A DNA stretch of 64,000 nucleotides from Gammaproteobacteria bacterium. Its GTDB lineage: Bacteria > Pseudomonadota > Gammaproteobacteria > JABABF01. Shown here in pieces: positions 52,227-61,396 of this stretch. The stretch's first letter is position 1. The number at the start of each line of letters is the position of its first letter. The translations under genes were made by a program, and so were the position numbers. The stretch lies in assembly GCA_965237805.1 (NCBI GenBank), contig OZ250153.1, forward strand, positions 1,568,001-1,632,000. Direction: 5' to 3'. The notes under the pieces are model-generated. The model searched no databases and was not told the origin of the DNA. It saw only the letters and a program-made list of their open reading frames with translations.

Positions 52227-53567
52227 CTAAGCCTCCACGCGCTCTACGCGGCACAGCAGCTGTCCGCTGCCGAGGCGTGCGCGCAGCTTGTTGGCGGGGG
52301 TGGTGTCCGCAGCGCGGCGCAGGATCTGGCCGCTGTCGGCATCCTGCACGATGGCATAACCCCGCCGTAGCGTTGCCAGTGGTCCCACCGCTTCCAAGCG
52401 TGCACCCTGTGTCTGCAGCTGCGTCGCTGCCCGCTCCAGCGCTCGCTCCAGCGCTCGCTCCAGTCGCTGCGCCAGCTCGCGCACAGCCGGGCTCAGCTGT
52501 TGCAGTTGCCTGCCGCCGCCGCTGTGCAGCTGCCGCTCCAGCTGCTCCAGCCGCTGCCGCTGTCTGGCCAGCCGCTGTGCCGGGTCACCGAGGCGATGCC
52601 GCAGCGTCGCGAGCCGCAGCCCGCTCGCAGCCAAGTGGCGTCGGATGCGGCTGTCGAGCAGACTGGCCAGCGCATCCAGTCGAGCTCGCAGCTGTACTTG
52701 ATCCGCGCTCAGCAGCTCGGCTGCCGCCGATGGTGTCGGCGCGCGCAGGTCGGCGGCGAAGTCGGCGATGCTGAAATCGATCTCGTGGCCGACCGCGCAG
52801 ATCACTGGCAGGCGGCTGGCGACGATCGCCCGCGCCAGCCGCTCGTCGTTGAAGGCCTGTAGGTCTTCGACATCGCCGCCGCCGCGACACAGCAACAGCA
52901 CATCGGGGGCGGGCCAGTCGTCACCCCTCAGCGCGTTGGCGCGGGCGATGGCTGCCACCAGCTGCTGCGGTGCCCGTGCTCCCTGCACTAGGCTGGGCAC
53001 GATGCTGACGGCGGTGGCCGGGAAGCGGCGCCTGAGCACGCTGAGCACATCGTGCAGGGCGGCACCGCTGGGCGAGGTGATGACGGCGATGTGGCGCGCT
53101 TGGCGCGGCACTGGTTGTTTGCGCGCCTCGTCGAATAGCCCCTCAGCCTGCAGTCGACGGCGCAGCTGCTCGAAGCGCAGCAGTAGCTCGCCGCGCCCGG
53201 CCAGCCGCATCTGCGTGGCTAACAGCTGAAAGCGCCCCTGTGCTGCGAAGATATTCAGCCGCCCGCGCAGCGCCACCAGCTGTCCGGGTTGTGGCTCGAA
53301 GTCGACGGCACCGGTATGTCCTTTGAAGATCACGCAGTCCAGCTGCGCGGCTTGGTCCCTGTCCTTGTCCTTGAGACGCAGATACCAGTGTCCAGAGCGC
53401 GGCCGACTCAGTTCGCCGATTTCGCCCTCGACCCAGAGCGAGGGAAATTTGCTCTCCAGCAATGAGCTGGCCTGCGCGCACAGCTCGCTGACGCTGAGCG
53501 CTGGCTCTGGGGCTGTTCGGGGCGGTGGCATGATGCGGCGAGATTGGGGGTGGGGGGTTTTGGGCAT
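52227..53567 (-). CDS. xseA: Exodeoxyribonuclease VII large subunit
   Basis: LSVSEL, WVEGEI, SGHWY..LKD, ITSPSGAALHD, RGGGDVEDL.AFNDE, VGHEIDFSIADFAAD.RAPTPSAAAE, PLATLRRGYAIV. Confidence 0.97.
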   Translation of the reverse strand: MPKTPHPQSRRIMPPPRTAPEPALSVSELCAQASSLLESKFPSLWVEGEIGELSRPRSGHWYLRLKDKDRDQAAQLDCVIFKGHTGAVDFEPQPGQLVALRGRLNIFAAQGRFQLLATQMRLAGRGELLLRFEQLRRRLQAEGLFDEARKQPVPRQARHIAVITSPSGAALHDVLSVLRRRFPATAVSIVPSLVQGARAPQQLVAAIARANALRGDDWPAPDVLLLCRGGGDVEDLQAFNDERLARAIVASRLPVICAVGHEIDFSIADFAADLRAPTPSAAAELLSADQVQLRARLDALASLLDSRIRRHLAASGLRLATLRHRLGDPAQRLARQRQRLEQLERQLHSGGGRQLQQLSPAVRELAQRLERALERALERAATQLQTQGARLEAVGPLATLRRGYAIVQDADSGQILRRAADTTPANKLRARLGSGQLLCRVERVEA

Positions 53568-53657
53568 GGTGCTCGCCAGCTATAATAACGATTGCTGTTC
53601 AGCGGACAGCCATCCGGCCACTGGTGAGTGGTGCGGACAACATGGCGCGAGGAAATC

Positions 53658-55214
53658 ATGATGGCCGATCTAGGCTTGTGGAAGTTTGCAGAGCAAGATC
53701 CCGGTGCGCTGGCGATCGCCGCACCGGACGGGCGCGAGTGGACGCGCGGAGAATTGGCCGCCCAGAGCTATCAGCTGGTGCATGGCCTGCGCCGCGAGGG
53801 GCTCCAAGTCGGCGATGTGGTCGCGGCCATCCTGCCCAATCAGGCGGAGTTTTTGGCGCTGAACTTGGCCGTCACGCAGGCGGGATTTTATTTGGTGCCG
53901 ATGAACTGGCACTTGGCTGGTGCCGAGGTGGCCTATATCCTGCAGGATAGCGGTGCCAAGGTTTTTGTCTCCCACGAGCGCGTGCGAGAAGAGGCCGTGG
54001 CGGCGGTGAAAGAGGCCGGCTTCCCGGCCGCCAAAGCCTTTGCCTTGGGCGAGATTCCCGGCTTTCGGCCCTATGCGGAGCTCTATGCTGAGGAATCTGC
54101 CGAGCAGCCCGCAGATCGCACTGCCGGGGCGGTGATGAACTACACCTCCGGTACCACTGGCAAGCCCAAGGGGGTTCGCCGCTCGCTGACTGGCCTGCCC
54201 GCCGACGATGCCGCCGAGCTGTTCACTTGGTCCTTGCAGATGTTCGGTATTGCGCCGGAGGATGGCAATGTACACATCGTCGGCTCGCCGCTCTACCACA
54301 CGGCGGTGATGGTCTGGGCCACCTCCTCACTGCATATGGGGCACCCGGTAGTGCTGATGGACAAATGGGATGCCGAGCAAATGTTGCGCCTGACGCAGCA
54401 GTACCGCGTCACCCATAGCCATATGGTGCCAACGCAGTTCAACCGTCTGTTGCAGCTGCCCGAGGAGCTGCGCAATCGCTACGATATTTCCTCCTACCGC
54501 TACATGATTCACGCCGCCGCCCCCTGTCCGGTGTCGGTCAAGCACAAGATGTTGGATTGGTGGGGGCCGGTGGTCTACGAATACTATGCCGCCACCGAGG
54601 GCGGTGGCACGGTCGCACCGCCTAAAGAATGGTTGGAAAATCCGGGCACGGTGGGCTGCGCTTGGCCCGGCGCAGAAATCAAGATTCTCGACGATGACGG
54701 CAATGCGGTGCCGACTGGCGAGCGGGGCACCGTCTATATGTTGACCAATCAGGCGATGGATTTCCGCTACAAGGGTGACGAGGATAAGACGCGCAAGAAC
54801 CGCGTCGGTGACTTCTTCACTGTCGGCGATATCGGTTATCTGAACGAGCGGGGCTACCTGTTTCTGTGTGACCGCAAGATCGATATGATCATCTCAGGTG
54901 GTGCCAACATCTACCCAGCCGAGATCGAGAATGTGCTGATCCAGCACCCTCGGGTGGTCGATGTGGCGGTGTTCGGTATCCCCAATGATGACTGGGGCGA
55001 GGAGGTGAAGGCGGTGGTGCAGCTGGACGACGGCAGTGATGGCGGCGCGGCCTTCGCTGATGATCTGTTGGCTTTTTGCGAAGGCAAGCTGGCGCGTATG
55101 AAGCAACCGCGCTCTGTCGACTGCGTGGCGGAGTTGCCGCGCGACCCCAACGGCAAGCTGTACAAGCGCCGTCTGCGCGATCCGTATTGGGAGGGTCACG
55201 AGCGCCAAGTCTAG
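53658..55214 (+). CDS. Acyl-CoA synthetase / AMP-binding ligase
   Basis: YTSGTTGKPKG, PLYH, YEYYAATEGG, GDIGYL, DRKIDMIISGGANIYPAEIE, NGKLYKR. GAGGA RBS. Confidence 0.95.
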   Translation: MMADLGLWKFAEQDPGALAIAAPDGREWTRGELAAQSYQLVHGLRREGLQVGDVVAAILPNQAEFLALNLAVTQAGFYLVPMNWHLAGAEVAYILQDSGAKVFVSHERVREEAVAAVKEAGFPAAKAFALGEIPGFRPYAELYAEESAEQPADRTAGAVMNYTSGTTGKPKGVRRSLTGLPADDAAELFTWSLQMFGIAPEDGNVHIVGSPLYHTAVMVWATSSLHMGHPVVLMDKWDAEQMLRLTQQYRVTHSHMVPTQFNRLLQLPEELRNRYDISSYRYMIHAAAPCPVSVKHKMLDWWGPVVYEYYAATEGGGTVAPPKEWLENPGTVGCAWPGAEIKILDDDGNAVPTGERGTVYMLTNQAMDFRYKGDEDKTRKNRVGDFFTVGDIGYLNERGYLFLCDRKIDMIISGGANIYPAEIENVLIQHPRVVDVAVFGIPNDDWGEEVKAVVQLDDGSDGGAAFADDLLAFCEGKLARMKQPRSVDCVAELPRDPNGKLYKRRLRDPYWEGHERQV

Positions 55215-55227
55215 CGCCACGTGTGGG

Positions 55228-55584
55228 TTGATGACAGAGCCTCCCAAAGATCCATCGATCCACCCCGATGCGCGTCAAGGCGACTATATGCAGCGCGGCC
55301 TGAGCCAGCTGCGCTGGCTGCGACCCGCCTACTTCTATCTCAAGCGCCGTGAGTTATACCCCAAGAATGTTTTGGAGCTCGCACGGCTGGGGCTGTATCT
55401 GTCGCTGGCCGCCGCCTTGCCCCTCGGCCTGTGGCAGCTCTATCTGGTGGTGTTCGAGCCGATGCTCCACAGCGGCATCCATTTTTTGACCAAGCTGGTA
55501 CTGTGGCTGTCGTTGGGCTACACGGTCTATGCCGTGCTGTTGCTCTGGCAGCACCTCTGGCTGGCTTGGATCAGGAATCGTTGA
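55228..55584 (+). CDS. Small hypothetical membrane protein (2 TM)
   Basis: Two hydrophobic segments. It fills the gap directly after the ligase on the same strand. Confidence 0.55.
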   Translation: MMTEPPKDPSIHPDARQGDYMQRGLSQLRWLRPAYFYLKRRELYPKNVLELARLGLYLSLAAALPLGLWQLYLVVFEPMLHSGIHFLTKLVLWLSLGYTVYAVLLLWQHLWLAWIRNR

Positions 55585-55628
55585 GCGGGTCTCGCCGCGC
55601 TTGCTAGCGCACAGCATGTGGCCGCGCC

Positions 55629-56438
55629 TCATTGGGCTTGGCGCTCTTCCTCTTCAGCTTTGATGGCCGATTTTTCGATGAATGACCACAGTATCCCCGG
55701 TGCCAAGCGACGCGCCCAGTCCAGCACCTTGGCCTCGCGCCCCGGCCTGAGGATGAATTCGCCTTTTTCCATCGCCTCTTCGATGGCATCGACGATGAAA
55801 TTTGGATCGGCATAGCGCCCATCGTCGCGGCCGCGACGCAGCAGTACCGGATCCGAGCTCTGCACGGCTTGTTCGATCAGCGGCGTGTTCACCGCCGGTG
55901 GCTGCACCAGCAGGATGCGCAGCCCCGAACCCCGGTTCTCGCGGATCAGCTGCTCGCCAAAGATGTTGACAGCGGCCTTGCTGGCCGAATAGGCCCCCAT
56001 ATGCGGGGTCAGCACATGGCCGGCGATGGAGCCGAATATGATGATGTCGCCGCGACCTCGTGCCAGCATCGTGTCCAGCACCGACTTCACCATGTACACG
56101 GTGCCGTGGTAGTTGATGCGCATGATGTGCAGGATCTCGTCGGCCGGCATCTTCGCCAGCAATTGCGTCGGCATGATGCCGGCAGCATGGGTCAGTCGAT
56201 CCACCGGCCCCAGCTCCTCGACAACTTTGGCCATGGTCGTGGCGATGGCTTCGGGGTCGAGTATGTCGCAGCAGTACGGATGCAGTTGCGCCGCTTCGCC
56301 AGCCACTTTTTGTAGCGCTTCTTCATTGCGGTCGAGGATCGCCACCTGTGCGCCGACACCAGTCAAGCGCAGTGCAGAGACGCGTCCCATGCCGCTCGCG
56401 CCCCCGGTAACCACTGCCACTTTGCCCGTGAATGCCAT
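55629..56438 (-). CDS. SDR oxidoreductase
   Basis: TGGASGMG, HAAG, YSASK. Confidence 0.92.
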   Translation of the reverse strand: MAFTGKVAVVTGGASGMGRVSALRLTGVGAQVAILDRNEEALQKVAGEAAQLHPYCCDILDPEAIATTMAKVVEELGPVDRLTHAAGIMPTQLLAKMPADEILHIMRINYHGTVYMVKSVLDTMLARGRGDIIIFGSIAGHVLTPHMGAYSASKAAVNIFGEQLIRENRGSGLRILLVQPPAVNTPLIEQAVQSSDPVLLRRGRDDGRYADPNFIVDAIEEAMEKGEFILRPGREAKVLDWARRLAPGILWSFIEKSAIKAEEEERQAQ

Positions 56439-56584
56439 CGGCTAAAATCCTGTTGTTGCTATCGCTTGTCGATGCCCGAGCATCATGCCACGGGCGATTG
56501 CGCTCTATAATAACCGTGTGGTCATCGCGATGCCGTGTGCTGGTACCGTTGCTCGCCACCCCCAGCATGAGGTACACACAATCC

Positions 56585-57067
56585 ATGGCAGCGCGGGAAA
56601 TCATCCGGATGACAGCGGGGCAGGAACGTTTCGGAAAATTCATGATCCGCTATCTCTGTCGTCTGCAGATTGTGATCTACCGTCTGAGTGGCGGGCGTGT
56701 GTGGAATACATTTCTGGGCGGCAAGGTCGGGCTACTCGGGGTGGTCGGGTGCCGCAGCGGCACGATGCGCACCGTGCCGGTGGTCTTCGCCGAAGACAGC
56801 GCTGGACGCATTGTGCTGGCCGCCTCTCAAGGCGGTATGTCGACCCACCCGGCTTGGTACTTCAATCTGCGCAATAGCGAGACAGCCACTTTCCAAATCG
56901 GTGCAAAGCGTCGTCATATGGCGGTGCATATGGCGGGCGAGGACGAAGAGAAACCGCTGTGGGAGCTGCTGCAACAAGCCTACCCTGACTTCGCCGACTA
57001 CCGCGAGCGCGCTGCCTTGGCGCATCGTCGCATCGCTGTCTTTGTGTTGACACCCACCAGTGGCTGA
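56585..57067 (+). CDS. Deazaflavin (F420)-dependent nitroreductase/oxidoreductase, Ddn/FDOR-A family
   Basis: YRLSGGRV, G.RSG..R.VP, LAASQGG...HPAWYFNLR, YPDFADY..R...R.I.VFVL.P. Confidence 0.88.
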   Translation: MAAREIIRMTAGQERFGKFMIRYLCRLQIVIYRLSGGRVWNTFLGGKVGLLGVVGCRSGTMRTVPVVFAEDSAGRIVLAASQGGMSTHPAWYFNLRNSETATFQIGAKRRHMAVHMAGEDEEKPLWELLQQAYPDFADYRERAALAHRRIAVFVLTPTSG

Positions 57068-57071
57068 GGGC

Positions 57072-58190
57072 ATGCACACCAGCTCCAGCCCGCCGTCTCG
57101 GCGACGTTTGCCATCCGCTCCCAGGCACTGCTCGCAGTGGCTGTTATTGCTGGCAGTCTGCTATTGCCTCGCCCCCGTCGCAGCGCTTGCGACCACGCCG
57201 GATGAGACCAACACCATCGCGGTATTTCGCGCGGCGAGCCCGAGCGTGGTCACGGTCAGCAGTCGCCAGTACCGCCGCTCACGCCTGTTCAGTCAGTCCC
57301 CACAGAGTGCAGGCGGATCGGGCAGCGGCTTTATTTGGGATCGGGATGGGTATATCGTCACCAACCACCATGTGATCCACAGTGCCGATATGTTGCGGGT
57401 GACCTTGGAGGGCGGTGAGAGCTACGCCGCAGAGGTGGTCGGCTCTGCCCCAGAGCAGGATTTGGCTGTGTTGCGCATCACCGAGCCCAAACGCCGCCTG
57501 CTGTCGCCGTTGCCAGTCGGCGATTCCGACCGCCTGCAGGTCGGACACAAGGTGCTTGCTATCGGTCACCCATTCGGTTTGGGGCACTCGCTCAGCGTCG
57601 GGGTCGTCAGCGCCTTGGGGCGCGAATTGCGGACCTCTGGCGGTCGCCGGGCGCGCGGTGTCATCCAGACTGATGCCGCCATCAATCCGGGCAATTCGGG
57701 CGGCCCGTTACTCAATTCCCGTGGTGAACTGGTCGGCGTTAACAGCCAGATCTACACCACCACCGGCGGCAGTCTCGGCATCGGGTTTGCCATCCCGGTC
57801 AACACGGTGCGCACAGTCGTCCCGCAGCTGATCGCGCATGGTTATGTCATCCGCCCGCGTCTTGGGGTGGAATTGCTCAACGATTTTTGGCGGCGCTCAC
57901 TCGGTGTGCAACGCGGTGTGGTGGTGGCGGGGGTGGTGCCCGGTTCACCGGCCGCCCAAGCGGGCATTGTCGGCCTGCGCTCGCAAGGCGATTCGCGGCC
58001 GACGGTGGGTGATATCATCCTCGAAGTAGATGGCGTGGAGGTCGACAACTTTGACGATGTGAACACCGCGATTGAGCAGCACAAGGTCGGCGATACCGTC
58101 AACTTGGTGCTGTTGCGCGGCACCAAGCGCAAGCGCCTCAAATTGCGGCTCTACAATCTGCCGCCGCATAATCTGCGGGAGCGGCGCTGA
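57072..58190 (+). CDS. HtrA/DegP-family trypsin-like serine protease with one PDZ domain
   Basis: Signal peptide; GSGFIWD, VTNHHV, DLAVL, IQTDAAINPGNSGGPL, GIGFAIP; PDZ (GSPAAQAG, GDIILEVDG). Confidence 0.95.
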   Translation: MHTSSSPPSRRRLPSAPRHCSQWLLLLAVCYCLAPVAALATTPDETNTIAVFRAASPSVVTVSSRQYRRSRLFSQSPQSAGGSGSGFIWDRDGYIVTNHHVIHSADMLRVTLEGGESYAAEVVGSAPEQDLAVLRITEPKRRLLSPLPVGDSDRLQVGHKVLAIGHPFGLGHSLSVGVVSALGRELRTSGGRRARGVIQTDAAINPGNSGGPLLNSRGELVGVNSQIYTTTGGSLGIGFAIPVNTVRTVVPQLIAHGYVIRPRLGVELLNDFWRRSLGVQRGVVVAGVVPGSPAAQAGIVGLRSQGDSRPTVGDIILEVDGVEVDNFDDVNTAIEQHKVGDTVNLVLLRGTKRKRLKLRLYNLPPHNLRERR

Positions 58191-58209
58191 GGGCTGCGCG
58201 GCACTTAGC

Positions 58210-58992
58210 TCAGGCCAGCGCGCCACCGTCGACGCGCACGAACTCGCCGTTGATATAAGAGGCATCGTCAGAGGCCAGCATGGCCACCACTGCGGCCACC
58301 TCCGCCGGTTCGCCGAAGATCGGCTGACCGCTCTCGGTATAGAGATAGCCGGTTGAGTTGCCTCCCATCAGTGAGCGCGACATGCCTTTCTCGGGCTGGA
58401 CGTTAGTCATCTCGGTGTTGACCCCAGCCGGGCACACGCAGTTGCAACGCAGCTTCTGGCTTTTGACATATTCGATGGCGATGCTGCGGGTCATCGCCAG
58501 TACCCCACCCTTGCTGGCGCTGTAGGCGGCACCGTAAGGCAAGGCCGCCAAACTGGCCGAGGAAGCGGTATTGACGATGGCACCGCCATCGCCGTCGAGC
58601 AGATGGGGCAGGGCGTAGCGGATCATCAAGAAGGTGCCGGTCAGGTTGACATCCAGCACCTTTTGCCAGCGCTCTAGCACGCTTTGATCACTGTGCTCGA
58701 AGAGCAGGATGCCGGCCATATTGCACAGCACATCGAGCCTTTGCCAGTGCTCCATGCACTCGGCGACGCTGCGCTCGCACTCGCTTGCATCGCTGATATC
58801 GAAGCTGCCGCCGACGGCGGTGCCGCCAGACTCTTGCACCATGCTGACGGTTTCTTCGACGCCCGTTCGGTTGACATCAATGAGGAAGACGCTGGCACCC
58901 TCGTCGGCCAAGCGCAGGGCAGTGGCGCGACCGATGCCGCGAGCCGCGCCAGTGACGATGGCCACTTTGTTGCTAAAACGCTGTTTGCTCAT
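58210..58992 (-). CDS. SDR oxidoreductase
   Basis: TGAARGIG, NMAG, YSASK, YING..VRVDGG. Confidence 0.93.
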   Translation of the reverse strand: MSKQRFSNKVAIVTGAARGIGRATALRLADEGASVFLIDVNRTGVEETVSMVQESGGTAVGGSFDISDASECERSVAECMEHWQRLDVLCNMAGILLFEHSDQSVLERWQKVLDVNLTGTFLMIRYALPHLLDGDGGAIVNTASSASLAALPYGAAYSASKGGVLAMTRSIAIEYVKSQKLRCNCVCPAGVNTEMTNVQPEKGMSRSLMGGNSTGYLYTESGQPIFGEPAEVAAVVAMLASDDASYINGEFVRVDGGALA

Positions 58993-59154
58993 GAATCTTG
59001 AGTCGCCTGTAGGGAATGCTTGGTTCGTTGCCGCCCGCCGTATTTCACATGGGAGCCCAGCTGAGGTGGTTTGCTATTATAGATACTGGACATGGGCTGT
59101 GAATGCAGCGTTGCACTGGGGGGCAGATGCCGTTTCGTTTAGGGGGTTGCCCTG

Positions 59155-59889
59155 CTGTTTGATTTTGATGGCAAGGTGGTGCTGATCACTGGTGCTGGCC
59201 GTGGCATTGGCTTGGGCATCGCGCAGGTTTTGGCGGGTCGCGGTGCGCGCTTGGCCATCAACGACTACTTCGCCGAACGGGCTTTAGAGGCGGCGCGCTC
59301 ATTGCGCGACGATAGCGGTGCCGAGGCCATCGCCGTGCCGGCGGATATCTGCTCCGAGACGGCGGTGGCTACCATGGTGGAGGCTGCGGTGGCTGCCCTC
59401 GGTCCGGTGGACATCATCGTCAACAATGCTGGCATCCCGCCTGGCGGCATGGAACCCAAGCGCTTTGTCGAGACCACGCCCCAAGAATGGGACGAATATT
59501 TGGACATCAACCTGCGCGGTGTCATGCTGTGCACCCATGCGGTACTGAGCGGCATGTGTGAGCGGGGCTGGGGTCGCGTGATCAGCATTGTCTCTGAGGG
59601 GTGGCGCGCCGGTACCGGTATGGGCATCAGCGCCTATGCCGCTGGCAAGGGCGGTGCCGTCGGGCTGAGCCGACAGCTCAGCTCGGAGGTGGCTCGCGCC
59701 GGGGTCACGGTCAACTGCGTCTCCCTCGGCCCGATGGACAATATCGACATGAAGCCCACCCATATTCCGGTGGGGCGGCTCGGCTCGCCCGCCGATGTCG
59801 CCGCCGCCATCGTCTACTTGGCCTCCGACGAAGCCGCTTGGGTCACCGGGCAGGTGCTGCCGGTGAACGGCGGTCTCATCACGGCCTGA
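59155..59889 (+). CDS. SDR oxidoreductase (FabG-like); start uncertain
   Basis: LFDFDGKVVLITGAGRGIG, VNNAG, YAAGK, WVTGQVLPVNGG. An in-frame TAG lies at 59140; the first standard start is GTG 59176. Confidence 0.9.
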   Translation: MFDFDGKVVLITGAGRGIGLGIAQVLAGRGARLAINDYFAERALEAARSLRDDSGAEAIAVPADICSETAVATMVEAAVAALGPVDIIVNNAGIPPGGMEPKRFVETTPQEWDEYLDINLRGVMLCTHAVLSGMCERGWGRVISIVSEGWRAGTGMGISAYAAGKGGAVGLSRQLSSEVARAGVTVNCVSLGPMDNIDMKPTHIPVGRLGSPADVAAAIVYLASDEAAWVTGQVLPVNGGLITA

Positions 59890-59983
59890 GCGGTGCTGGC
59901 GTGGAGTTGCCGAAGCAGGCGGGGAGTATAGCGATGCAGTGGAGTATTCAGACCACAGCGATCTCGACGGCGGTGCCTCGGCG

Positions 59984-61138
59984 ATGAGCGCTGCCCCGGC
60001 AGTCGCAGCCGTGCTGTTCAGTGAAGAGCAGAACCTGCTGCGCGATTCGGCGCGCGAGTTCATCGCCGCCGAGGCTCCGCTATCCGCACTGCGCAGCTTG
60101 CGCGACAGCGCTGAGTGTGGCTACTCCGAGCCGCTGTGGCAGGGCATGGTGGCGCTGGGTTGGTCGGGTATTTTGCTACCGGAGTCGGTCGGCGGCACAG
60201 ATTTTGATTGCACTGGCCTCGGTGTGGTGCTGGAGCAGTCCGGTCGCTGGTTAGCCGCCTCGCCGCTGCTCAGCACGGCGGGTCTGTGCGCCCCGTTGCT
60301 GTGTGCGGCTGGTGTACAGCAGTGGGCGCAGCAACTGGCGGCGGTGGCCCGCGGCGAGCTGACGCTGGCCTTGGCGCTGGAAGAGAGTCCGCGCCACGCG
60401 CCGTTACAGACGGCGCTGGCTGCCCGCGGTGCCGATGGCGGCTATCGCCTCAGCGGTCGCAAGCTCTTTGTGATTGATGGCCACAGCGCTCGGCAGCTGC
60501 TCGTGGTGGTGCGCGAGTCCGGCGCGCCGGGCGATGAGTCGGGTCTGACTCTGTTGTTGCTGGATGCCGAAACCGATGGTATTGAGCGCCGAGCCAGCAC
60601 CATGATCGACAGCCGCGATGCCATCGACATCGTTTTCGACAGTGTTGCGGTGCCGAGCTCTGCTGTGGTCGGTGAGCCGGGGGCGGCGTGGGAACTGCTC
60701 GCCCCGGCCTTGGATCGCGGCCGCGCCCTGTTGGCGGCGGAGATGCTGGGCGGTGCCCGCGCTGTCTTTGAGCGCACGGTAGCCTACACCAAAGAGCGCC
60801 GCCAATTCGGTGCGTTGATCGGCAGCTTCCAAGCGTTGCAGCATCGCCTCGCTCATCTCTTTGTGGAGTTGGAAATCACCCAGTCCGGAATCTACACCGC
60901 GTTGCGTGCGCTCGACAGTGGTGCCGTCGATAGTGCCGCTTTGGTCAGTGCCGCCAAAGTTCGCGCCAACGACAGCTTCCTCGAGGTGGCGGGCGAGGCG
61001 ATTCAACTGCACGGAGGCATCGGCATGACCGACGAGTTGGACATCGGTTTCTATTTCAAACGCGCCCAAGCATCGTCCCAGACATGGGGCGACAGCGCTT
61101 TCCATAATGCGCGCTATGCGGAGCTGGTGGGCTTCTGA
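59984..61138 (+). CDS. Acyl-CoA dehydrogenase family protein
   Basis: SEEQNLLRDSAR.F, LSGRKLFV.DG, ERRQFG..IGSFQALQHRLA, IQLHGGIGMTDE. Alternative start GTG 59939. Confidence 0.93.
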   Translation: MSAAPAVAAVLFSEEQNLLRDSAREFIAAEAPLSALRSLRDSAECGYSEPLWQGMVALGWSGILLPESVGGTDFDCTGLGVVLEQSGRWLAASPLLSTAGLCAPLLCAAGVQQWAQQLAAVARGELTLALALEESPRHAPLQTALAARGADGGYRLSGRKLFVIDGHSARQLLVVVRESGAPGDESGLTLLLLDAETDGIERRASTMIDSRDAIDIVFDSVAVPSSAVVGEPGAAWELLAPALDRGRALLAAEMLGGARAVFERTVAYTKERRQFGALIGSFQALQHRLAHLFVELEITQSGIYTALRALDSGAVDSAALVSAAKVRANDSFLEVAGEAIQLHGGIGMTDELDIGFYFKRAQASSQTWGDSAFHNARYAELVGF

Positions 61139-61396
61139 GTTGGACTGTGCCCATTGCGGTGCACGCCACGCCAGCTGGCATGACTTGATGCGCGTCACAT
61201 TTTGGCGCATCCTTGTGCGACACACGCCGCTATATTGATATTTAATGCCGCCTGCGGCATGCTGGTTGCGCATATAGTGACATAGCGAGCTGGCATTGCG
61301 TTGCTCTGCCATCGGGGCTGGCGGGCTTGGCACCACACGACAGTGGCTTTGGTGCAATGGGGCATATTGGGGAGTGCGGTGATATAATCGACACCC

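Noticed and set aside
52433-52463. 12-bp tandem repeat in xseA (ALER x3)
   Set aside because: An in-frame microduplication in the naturally repetitive coiled-coil region of XseA, so unremarkable.
61139-61396. Sigma-54-like TGGCA...TTGC sequences and a possible ncRNA in the intergenic region
   Set aside because: GG-to-GC spacing is 9 rather than 10 nt, and no recognisable RNA family or tRNA fold is present.
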